Source: a virus. From it: 64,000 nt of DNA. Within the stretch, counting starts at the first letter, position 1; the number at the start of each line of letters is the position of its first letter. Both the position numbers and the translations under genes were made by a program. Below the pieces are notes generated by a model. That model was given only the letters and a program-made list of their open reading frames with translations, was not told the origin of the DNA and did no database searches. Shown piece by piece: positions 38,567 to 45,736 of the stretch. Location of the stretch: IMG/VR virus record IMGVR_UViG_3300027719_000003, positions 9,586 to 73,585 of that record; one strand, written 5' to 3'.

Positions 38567-39693
38567 TGAAGAAGATATGAAGGAGAGACAACCTTTAGCG
38601 AAAAACGTTTCCCATTCATCTTAGAAACACCATACGGTTTATTGTCCAGAGACCGCACCACAATACCCTCATTAAAGGTATCAGGATTGAATCGGTTCTT
38701 AGTAGTGGCATACTTTATCCACTCATCTACTGTCGTTCCTATAGCACCTATCGTCGTATTGGATTCAAGTTCATCTATATACTGAAGCGCTTCAGGATTG
38801 CCAAGGAGAGAATGGAAGCTCTCTACGGCGAATCGAAGTTCGTTAGGATTCAAATACTCTCGCTGTACCATGTCCCACATACCATAGACAAATAGAACGG
38901 GTCTTTCTAGTTTGTATTTATTGCCCTGTATTCCCGGCCCACAAAGTTCACCCTGAAGAGCGAAGTCCTTTAGCTTCATAGACTTCAGGAACTTCTCGGT
39001 AAACCCAATCTCCTTGATGATGTTCCAGAACGCATTATCCTTATACGTCGGAAACCAAACATTCCGGGAACACACAGACAACTTGCCCTTATGCCAGATC
39101 ATCGTCAGAGAGGAGCCATCCATCTTCTGCGTAATGGAAATCGGCAAGTCCTTGTACGTCTCAAGAAAATTAGGGCCGAAAGCCTGTAGTCGTGTCTCAT
39201 CCGTCTTCGGAACAAGATGAGTGGGGAATGAGTACCCGCCGCCGCCTCTGACCTTTCTTAGTATGAGATCACGAACAAACGGAATCCTCACTAGAATGTA
39301 GAACCACCACGGACGCTTTTTAGGCTGAGTAGACTGCCCTACAATCTCTTCAGGATCGTACTTGGTGACGCCTAGTTTCTTTGATACATCCTGTCCTTCA
39401 GCTACACGCTTCAGTTCGGGGAAGGCAGACAATGGCATAAAGAGTCCCTGTGAGGTAACTCCACGTAACTTTATTGTCCTAATTCTAAACTTGCGCTCCT
39501 TGAGGAATTCAAACGCCGGAGTGTTGGGGACAATGCTATCAATCTCAATATAGACACCAAGATCGCCTACCTTGAACTCGTCGCGTTTCACGACACATTC
39601 CCACCCAAGAATCGTAGCCTTCTCTATCTTGTCTGCCCCATCGATAGGGCTAAGGGCTACACATTTTTGAATACTCGCCATTTGTCTATCCAT
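38554..39693 (-). CDS. ATP-dependent RNA ligase (Rnl2-like, DRB0094 type)
   Basis: N-terminal OB-like PIDGADKIE...IRTIKLRGVTSQG; KTDETR, KMDGSS, QGELCGPGIQGN, EGIV. Confidence 0.9.
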   Translation of the reverse strand: MDRQMASIQKCVALSPIDGADKIEKATILGWECVVKRDEFKVGDLGVYIEIDSIVPNTPAFEFLKERKFRIRTIKLRGVTSQGLFMPLSAFPELKRVAEGQDVSKKLGVTKYDPEEIVGQSTQPKKRPWWFYILVRIPFVRDLILRKVRGGGGYSFPTHLVPKTDETRLQAFGPNFLETYKDLPISITQKMDGSSLTMIWHKGKLSVCSRNVWFPTYKDNAFWNIIKEIGFTEKFLKSMKLKDFALQGELCGPGIQGNKYKLERPVLFVYGMWDMVQREYLNPNELRFAVESFHSLLGNPEALQYIDELESNTTIGAIGTTVDEWIKYATTKNRFNPDTFNEGIVVRSLDNKPYGVSKMNGKRFSLKVVSPSYLLQWGL

Positions 39694-39704
39694 ACATTAC
39701 CTCC

Positions 39705-40607
39705 TTATAACATACATGAATCATAGCACGCTTTGACCAATCCCGCCTTACCACTTGTGTAAAAGGGTTCACTAAAATATCCGATAAACGAAGCGATCCG
39801 TCTATCCGCTTTCCTTAGTAACACACTAGTCATATATCCAAGCACTGCGTATCGAATGGACTCCCAATCGGTAGTCTCCAAAGCAGATATTATTGCAGAC
39901 ACTTCCTTCCATCGAGGCTTATCCTCCATAAGTATTCGGCACAGATTGATTGCGGCTGAACTAGCTACATCAGCTTCTATCGCCTCTAGTGCCTCCTCTT
40001 CCGTAAGCCCTATCACCTTTTCCAGCAGAACAAGTGCCCTCCTTGGTGAACCTTCAGCCTTAGTAATAAGCGATTCTAACACATCAATCGAAACTTTTTT
40101 CTCTTCCGCGTTCAGTACACGTCGGCACAATATAAGCAACTCGTCCTCGGACAACGGCTTGAACTTTACCTCAGTGCATCTTGAGCGGATAGCAGAGATA
40201 ATCTTTGTCGGTTCAGAGCTACAAAGAATGAAGTACACATTCTCAGGAGTATCTTCCAGAATCTTGAGCATCGCATTCTGGAAGTCATTAGAGGCTTTAT
40301 GCACCTCATCCAAGATGTATACGAGAGGGGCCGTTACAACGTATTTGGTATCATCGATAATGTTACGGGCGGTTTCAATACCACGATTATCAGCAGAATT
40401 GATTTCTATGATTGTATCGGATTTTACGAAACTTGTCAATACCCTCGCCATAGAAGTTTTACCAGTTCCAGCAGGGCCGGAAAAAAGGTATACTCGTACC
40501 GGATTAGGCTTACTCAGATTTTGCTTTAATGATTTTATCTCGGAAGCATTACCTACGAATTCCTCAAACGTCGTCGGTCGGTATTTGTTGTATAGACTCA
40601 CTAGCAC
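39705..40607 (-). CDS. Clamp loader AAA+ ATPase (DnaX/RFC-like)
   Basis: KYRPTTFEE, GPAGTGKTS, LDEVH, SRC. Confidence 0.9.
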   Translation of the reverse strand: MLVSLYNKYRPTTFEEFVGNASEIKSLKQNLSKPNPVRVYLFSGPAGTGKTSMARVLTSFVKSDTIIEINSADNRGIETARNIIDDTKYVVTAPLVYILDEVHKASNDFQNAMLKILEDTPENVYFILCSSEPTKIISAIRSRCTEVKFKPLSEDELLILCRRVLNAEEKKVSIDVLESLITKAEGSPRRALVLLEKVIGLTEEEALEAIEADVASSAAINLCRILMEDKPRWKEVSAIISALETTDWESIRYAVLGYMTSVLLRKADRRIASFIGYFSEPFYTSGKAGLVKACYDSCML

Positions 40608-41223
40608 CTCCTACAGATGAATAGAATTTCATACGGTCTTCTAACTCCATACCTCTATATTCTTCCTCCATCCTATTCCAGTAACAGCATGTACGCTTAC
40701 CTTCAGGGCATCCACCACGATAAACGCAGGAGGGTACCATGCCATAATGCATTGCCCAAGCGAATTCAGCGGGGTCATCCTTAATCGTGTCCCCGAATAG
40801 CTCTCGGAATGCAACCTTCACATTCATAGCCCAAGTTCTCGTCCACTTAGAGGCAAGGTGGCAAAGCCTTTGATGTGACATAGAAAGAAGAGCATCAGCA
40901 GGCCACGTACTTACATAGATGCGGGGAGCAGAGGAGCTAGATGGCCTCGGCTCTCCTGTCCAATCAGGGCGCTTCGATTGCACGTAATGACGGGGATGCC
41001 CTTTCGTATGACGTACAAGATGTGACACGACATCAGAGCGGCAGTTATCATCCGTTATGCGTATCCTCGCTTCGGCAAGGACAGAATGTTCAGCTATGAC
41101 GGCCTCCATAGCGAAACGCTCCATGTCCTTGGGTGACTGTAGGCTCAACTTGCCCTTAGTCGCCAAAGCGGCATAACGGATATCAGCCAGTGGTGAGGCG
41201 TTTAGAATCTCTAGTTTTAGCAT
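40564..41223 (-). CDS. thyX: Flavin-dependent thymidylate synthase-like protein
   Basis: AEHSVL, SHLVRH...QSKR, RLC, VPSCVYRGGCPE. Confidence 0.7.
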   Translation of the reverse strand: MLKLEILNASPLADIRYAALATKGKLSLQSPKDMERFAMEAVIAEHSVLAEARIRITDDNCRSDVVSHLVRHTKGHPRHYVQSKRPDWTGEPRPSSSSAPRIYVSTWPADALLSMSHQRLCHLASKWTRTWAMNVKVAFRELFGDTIKDDPAEFAWAMHYGMVPSCVYRGGCPEGKRTCCYWNRMEEEYRGMELEDRMKFYSSVGGASESIQQIPTDDV

Positions 41224-41232
41224 TATTCCTCC

Positions 41233-41410
41233 TTACTTAATGCACACCTTGGGCTTATAGAATATAGCCAACCCCGCAATGAATAGTCCAACCTGTATAC
41301 AGAAGTTACGGAGCAGGGTCTCTGCTGTAGACGGAAGTAATGGGAGCATTATCCCAAGGGTAAACGTCGCACCCAGAGAAAAAACCAGCGATCGCCAACG
41401 ATAATCGTTC
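41233..41410 (-). CDS. Small membrane protein
   Basis: Two hydrophobic segments; start approximate (MNDYRW). Confidence 0.5.
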
Positions 41411-41422
41411 ATAAAATCATCC

Positions 41423-41698
41423 TTATCTTTTTTCAAACAAATGGAACACAAGAGTACCTGCTCTCATCTGAAACGTCCCTACGAATTCAGAAGCATCACA
41501 GACACAGGGGTGCCCAGTTCCATGAATGATAAAAGTTCGGTTAGTGGTGTCTGCTTCCGTGTCAACCAGTGCCCACATACATGGTATGCCGTCCTGCATC
41601 TGAACAGACAATACTTCCGCACCTTCTGGCATAGCGATTATCTGTTCATCCGTTATGGCAAGCGGGAACTTCCATATACTCTTCGTGATACTCTCCAT
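41423..41698 (-). CDS. Conserved phage protein (IWKFPL...GTGH...VFHLFE family)
   Basis: AGGAGG RBS; family motifs. Confidence 0.75.
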   Translation of the reverse strand: MESITKSIWKFPLAITDEQIIAMPEGAEVLSVQMQDGIPCMWALVDTEADTTNRTFIIHGTGHPCVCDASEFVGTFQMRAGTLVFHLFEKR

Positions 41699-41708
41699 AA
41701 AATCCTCC

Positions 41709-41915
41709 TTACTTTCGCTTCACCATGAAACGTTCTCCATCGAACCCATCCTTTCCTTGCTTACATGCTTCCTCAATTTGTAGTTCATAAAATTCAGTGG
41801 ATTCTTGAAGTCGTGCTACTTGTTCCCTCAACTGCTGTAGCTGTCGAGAATATGTAGCAAGAGAGGCCGTCATATTCCTAAGACATTCTCGATGCCATTT
41901 TATGGACATTTTCAT
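41709..41915 (-). CDS. Small coiled-coil protein
   Basis: AAGGAG RBS downstream of a promoter. Confidence 0.7.
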   Translation of the reverse strand: MKMSIKWHRECLRNMTASLATYSRQLQQLREQVARLQESTEFYELQIEEACKQGKDGFDGERFMVKRK

Positions 41916-41933
41916 ATGATGCTCCTTATCAAG

Positions 41934-41962
41934 AGTGTACTACATTTTTACATAGAAGTCAA
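41934..41962 (-). promoter_or_regulatory. Sigma70-type promoter immediately after the cassette array
   Basis: TTGACT-17 bp-TACACT. Confidence 0.8.
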
Positions 41963-41973
41963 GTTATTATGAA

Positions 41974-41995
41974 TCAGGTTAAATCTGTGTTAGCC
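41974..41995 (-). repeat. Truncated attC (R'' and L'' only) of cassette 3
   Basis: GGCTAAC-ACAG-ATTTAACCTGA; R'' is the exact complement of this cassette's start GTTAGCC. Confidence 0.65.
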
Positions 41996-42201
41996 ACCCC
42001 ATTGGAACTGCGTTTCAATCCCAACTGTTCCGGGTCTAGGTAAAACACGGGGCCACGAAAACCGCAAGCGCACCACACGTTTACTATTTGTCGCCCGTTT
42101 TCGTCCGTGTATCCTTCCGGCCCATGAAGCTCATGCCCACAATCTTTTGGAAGATGCGAAAACGGGCACTCGTACTGCGAATAATCGAAAATGTTTTTCA
42201 A
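41974..42201 (-). CDS. Cassette 3 gene: Cys/His-rich hypothetical protein (75 aa)
   Basis: GGAGG RBS before TTG 42201; reads into the half attC. Confidence 0.65.
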   Translation of the reverse strand: MKNIFDYSQYECPFSHLPKDCGHELHGPEGYTDENGRQIVNVWCACGFRGPVFYLDPEQLGLKRSSNGVANTDLT

Positions 42202-42271
42202 GTGTTCCTCCAATGGGGCTTGGGCAGTAATCGGTATAAGCGGCCCCAAGCGCTTATACCGTGGACGATCT

Positions 42272-42333
42272 GGCTAACATTTGCTTAACCTGCAAGGCCG
42301 TTAGGACTTGTCAGGTTCAAGCTGTTATTGGGT
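42272..42333 (-). repeat. attC site of cassette 2 (62 bp)
   Basis: ACCCAAT-AACA-GCTT(G)AACCTG(A)CAAGTCC-TAAC-GGCCTTG-CAGGTTAAGC-AAAT-GTTAGCC; two unpaired bases; R'' AAC changed to AAT. Confidence 0.82.
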
Positions 42334-42527
42334 GCTATGGGCGCTTCCGGTATATGCATCCAATGGGTGTATCCCTTAATAAGCATACACTCACGACGAA
42401 AATCATCATCCCAAGGCCCAGTGAAAGCGCCATGATCTGCCAGACGTTTTTTATGATGATCGTCCCATACGTCGAAACGCGTATTAAGCGGTGGAAGTTC
42501 TTCTGTGACGCTAATCCATCCAGACAT
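42285..42527 (-). CDS. Cassette 2 gene: DUF551-like phage protein (80 aa)
   Basis: AGGAGG RBS; WISVTEELP...THWMHIPEAP; reads through the attC. Confidence 0.8.
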   Translation of the reverse strand: MSGWISVTEELPPLNTRFDVWDDHHKKRLADHGAFTGPWDDDFRRECMLIKGYTHWMHIPEAPIAPNNSLNLTSPNGLAG

Positions 42528-42596
42528 AATTCCTCCTGTAATCTCGCCCGTAGCTTGGCGCGTGTCCGCGTAACTTGTTACGCGGCTAAAGCGTCC

Positions 42597-42646
42597 ATCC
42601 AACATTTGCTTAACCTGCTTTAGTCAGGTTGAAGCAGTTGTTAGGA
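42597..42646 (-). repeat. attC site of cassette 1 (50 bp, minimal)
   Basis: TCCTAAC-AACT-GCTT(C)AACCTG(A)C-TAAA-GCAGGTTAAGC-AAAT-GTTGGAT; the gene's TAA stop lies inside R''. Confidence 0.85.
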
Positions 42647-42934
42647 ACTATTGTATTTGTCACACAACGCTTTGATCTTTTCTGCGACTTCACGGAATCC
42701 ATTTTCCTTTCCGCCGTATTCGCGATCAATAATAACCTGAGCCATTTCCGGCGCAAGAGCAATCAAGCGCATGTTTATTTCGCGCTGTTCGTCGTCGCCG
42801 TATCCTGTATAATCGTCTCCGCATACGTCGAGCGAGTACGCCATTCCCGGAGCTTTATCTGCCTCAACAAACGGCGCTAGACCGTGCGAACTTTCACGAA
42901 TCTTCCACGGCCCTTTAGTCCACGGTGTTTTCAT
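42641..42934 (-). CDS. Cassette 1 gene: phage-type protein (TxGPW...NxRLIAxAPE family, 97 aa)
   Basis: AAAGGAAG RBS; MKTPWTKGPW...INMRLIALAPEM. Confidence 0.8.
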   Translation of the reverse strand: MKTPWTKGPWKIRESSHGLAPFVEADKAPGMAYSLDVCGDDYTGYGDDEQREINMRLIALAPEMAQVIIDREYGGKENGFREVAEKIKALCDKYNSS

Positions 42935-43058
42935 GCTCTTTCTTCCTTTCGCGGATTGTCCGCGTATTGGCGTAGCCGATATGCGGCTGTCCGTCGTCCT
43001 AACAAGTATTATACCTATCGGTATAACTACATCCAAAAATCCCTATGTTCTTGCCATA

Positions 43059-43087
43059 AGTATACCGCATCTCCCTGCAAAAGTCAA
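43059..43087 (-). promoter_or_regulatory. Sigma70-type promoter driving the cassette array (Pc-like position)
   Basis: TTGACT-17 bp-TATACT, about 55 bp upstream of the first GTT core. Confidence 0.8.
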
Positions 43088-43091
43088 GCAC

Positions 43092-43685
43092 TTATGGCAG
43101 TTCCTCCACCGATTTCACCATAGGAATTCCCACCCCTATAGCCACGGCTTCCTCCACCAAAGCACCCTTAGACTTATCATATCCCGGCAGAAGCAACACC
43201 CAGTCTGCATCCATCATGGCCCGAATATCTTCCCGCATATAATCCTGCCACGTCTTCCATTTAGAGACGATAGACAGATCAAATGGGCTTATTGCCGTGT
43301 ACCCCTTAGCCTCTACCGCCTTTACCGCTTCAGCGAACGCTTCACGATTGTAGTTCACTATCCCCGTAATAGGGCCGGATATATACACCCGCTTCCCATT
43401 CACATGGCCTTGGTGATCGAACCAGCCTATATAGTATAAACAGCATATAGCGTGGGCAATGTGGGGAAGACCAGACTCCCTATCGATGACTTGGCCCATA
43501 GCCCGCTTCCATAGATGCCGGAAGGCGGCGGCTATATAGCGTAGCTTGGCGTTGGGCACCTTCTTCCAATTATCGGGGGAATACTTCTTAGCCCCGAACG
43601 TGAGCACCTTGGCTACGTCCTCGTGCGGCTCTGCCGGGATGAGATCGTAGCGTAACTTGTCCTGATCGTATTTTACACCCTGCAT
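43092..43685 (-). CDS. dATP/dGTP diphosphohydrolase-like (DUF5664) fused to DUF4406
   Basis: GVKYDQDKLRYDLIP, FGAKKYSPDNW, ESGLPHIAHA; then VYISGPITG...SKGALVE. Confidence 0.82.
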   Translation of the reverse strand: MQGVKYDQDKLRYDLIPAEPHEDVAKVLTFGAKKYSPDNWKKVPNAKLRYIAAAFRHLWKRAMGQVIDRESGLPHIAHAICCLYYIGWFDHQGHVNGKRVYISGPITGIVNYNREAFAEAVKAVEAKGYTAISPFDLSIVSKWKTWQDYMREDIRAMMDADWVLLLPGYDKSKGALVEEAVAIGVGIPMVKSVEELP

Positions 43686-43694
43686 GTTGCCTCC

Positions 43695-44639
43695 TTATTT
43701 ATAGAACGGATACCACGTAACGGTGAACTGAAGTATTTCCCCGTCACGAACTTTACCACTAATGATCCAGAAACCAGTATGGGCGGCGAGACGTTTATAA
43801 CGCATAAAGCCAGATTGTTTCTGGATACACCCCGTGCTGACGGCATGGATGTTGCGGTCAAACACGTAGAACGCCTTATGCGTATGGGATGCCAGTAACA
43901 CCTTTGGCTTCTCTCCACCAGTAAAGGCTTCTATGATCTTCTGAACGCGGTAGCTATAGGCGTAGCTAGAAGAATCTTCACCATGCCACAACATAAATGT
44001 TGCGCCATTAACGGTGACAATGCCTTCGTGTATTCCAAGATAGGTAGCATGGGGCAATCGCAATGCCAAATCTTCCCCTATATCCATTCCTACACCAGAC
44101 TTCGTGTTTCCCCACAGATCGTGATTTCCGATAATAAAATATAACGGAAGTTCCCATTGCTTCAAAAGTTCTACAGCCTTGTTTCTCTGTGCCGCATACC
44201 CTATTTCGGATAGCTCATATATCTGCCCCGGCCTTGTGCTCATCCCTTCCAGCACATCGCCCCCATGGAGCATAGCAGTACACCCCTGCTTCTTGCCCTC
44301 CTCCATAGCAGACAGCAGTAGTTTATCTTCAAAATAAATCGAACCTATATGCGTATCAGACAGTACAAGGAATTTGAAGTCTTCCCCCTCAAAAGTAATA
44401 ATACCTTTTTCTCTCGGGCGCTTATCCATGTTCATAGTCAACAGGGTCTCTAGCTCACTATCGCTAAACTTATCCCTCACCCTACCAACAATGTCAGCGG
44501 TATCTCCGAACTTCTTCCTGTATTCCCGCTTGTACCTATTAAACGTTTCTTCAGGAATACCGTAGGTCTCAAGCGTCTTAGTGGTGCCGTTCGTAGCCGC
44601 TGACTCCACTATCTCTTTAATACGTGCTTCGCTCGTCAT
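43695..44639 (-). CDS. Calcineurin-like metallophosphoesterase
   Basis: SDTHIGS, GGDVLEG, GNHD, WHG, SHTH. Confidence 0.88.
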   Translation of the reverse strand: MTSEARIKEIVESAATNGTTKTLETYGIPEETFNRYKREYRKKFGDTADIVGRVRDKFSDSELETLLTMNMDKRPREKGIITFEGEDFKFLVLSDTHIGSIYFEDKLLLSAMEEGKKQGCTAMLHGGDVLEGMSTRPGQIYELSEIGYAAQRNKAVELLKQWELPLYFIIGNHDLWGNTKSGVGMDIGEDLALRLPHATYLGIHEGIVTVNGATFMLWHGEDSSSYAYSYRVQKIIEAFTGGEKPKVLLASHTHKAFYVFDRNIHAVSTGCIQKQSGFMRYKRLAAHTGFWIISGKVRDGEILQFTVTWYPFYK

Positions 44640-44908
44640 CAGTCCTCCTTATTCTTAACGTACAAACACCGTAAGAAGCAATCCGTAGATCCGAATAAAA
44701 TATCGTAACAATAATATGGTGGGCTAAATACTACTCGACGTTGTACATCTGTACACACCCCTTCTGTGCTACCATAGTAATCAGGGTATATTGCGCCGAT
44801 TACATGTTTCCCTATCCATTTAGATTTTTCTGCTTCAAGGGCGGATTTGGACATAAATACTTTAATAATCCATTTCTGTATATCCATCAAATACCATTGT
44901 ATAGTCAT
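44639..44908 (-). CDS. Hypothetical protein
   Basis: Overlapping start and stop; AAGGGGG RBS. Confidence 0.55.
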   Translation of the reverse strand: MTIQWYLMDIQKWIIKVFMSKSALEAEKSKWIGKHVIGAIYPDYYGSTEGVCTDVQRRVVFSPPYYCYDILFGSTDCFLRCLYVKNKED

Positions 44909-45087
44909 ACGTCCCCCTTCCTTACCTCGATCTCATTCCAATCTTTTTGATTAGCTAAAATAGTTGCACATGCATAACAAAGATGAACTGTTCGTTTTTT
45001 ACCATTTTTTAATGTAAGAAGCAACTCACCCTTACTCTGCCAAAACCATACAAATTTTTTGCATATCTTACATACATGAAAAAACAT
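44905..45087 (-). CDS. Small Zn-finger protein
   Basis: CKIC...HLCYAC; GGAG RBS. Confidence 0.6.
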   Translation of the reverse strand: MFFHVCKICKKFVWFWQSKGELLLTLKNGKKRTVHLCYACATILANQKDWNEIEVRKGDV

Positions 45088-45099
45088 CTTCTTGTCTCC

Positions 45100-45555
45100 T
45101 TATCTTCCCGTACTACCAAACCCAGCCACACCGCGTACCGACGGCCCTAGCTCATCCACCTCTTCTATCCCCACTATATCCGGTAGCAGATACACAATAC
45201 CTTGCGCTATCCGGTCGCCATGGTTTATTACATACGTTTCATTCCCATGGTTATAGAGCTTCACGCTAATGTCACCGCGAAAACCCATATCCACCACACC
45301 GGCGTTGGAAGCCTCTATCCCAGCCTTAAACGCTAGACCAGAACGGGATTGCACAATCAAGGCACAGCGGCTACCAGAAATTGGTTCCCATGCTATGCCC
45401 GTGGGAATAACAGCACTACCACCCACGGGAATCTCTACCTACTGCTTATGCGCTGGTAGGCAAGCGTAGAGGTCTAGCCCTGCGTTCAATCCGTCACCGC
45501 CACCGAAAGACGGTATGGTAGCACGGGGGTCAAGTTTTTTGAAGAGTAGTTTCAC
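45100..45555 (-). pseudogene. dut: Trimeric dUTPase interrupted by an in-frame TAG at codon 39
   Basis: GGAGG RBS and GTG 45555; motif I AGLDL upstream of TAG 45439-45441; RSGLA, GVVD.GFRG, GDRIAQ and RGVAGFGSTG downstream in the same frame. Confidence 0.85.
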
Positions 45556-45736
45556 TGGGCTGTGCCTCCTTAAATATACTTAGTCCTGTCTTTGTCTTTT
45601 TAACATAAAAGGTAGAATCATCTCGAAAAGTGTAGACACAATCTTTGTGTTCATTTTTTAACATGTCATCTATCATGGCGCTTATCTTTTCTGAATCATA
45701 GGACTCCATATTGTTAATAATTACTCGCATCTGCAT
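45530..45736 (-). CDS. Hypothetical protein
   Basis: AAAGGAG RBS. Confidence 0.6.
   Translation of the reverse strand: MQMRVIINNMESYDSEKISAMIDDMLKNEHKDCVYTFRDDSTFYVKKTKTGLSIFKEAQPSETTLQKT

Larger units (their letters stand above)
41974..43003 (-). mobile_element. Integron-type gene cassette array (3 cassettes, no integrase in window; CALIN-like)
   Basis: Each gene is preceded by a GTT core and followed by an attC whose R'' is complementary to that core; two complete attC sites and one half attC. Confidence 0.82.

Noticed and set aside
39856-40620. 254-aa + strand ORF
   Set aside because: Ser-rich antisense shadow of the clamp loader
41974-42646. CRISPR mini-array or simple terminator reading of the repeats
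   Set aside because: Repeats are separated by whole genes, differ internally, lack U-tracts and show attC-specific bulges and core complementarity
42935-43036. Upstream extension of cassette 1 gene in the ORF track
   Set aside because: Crosses the GTT core and structured leader; the RBS supports ATG 42934
43092-43685. 2-aminoadenine (Z) genome system
   Set aside because: No PurZ homologue is recognisable in the window
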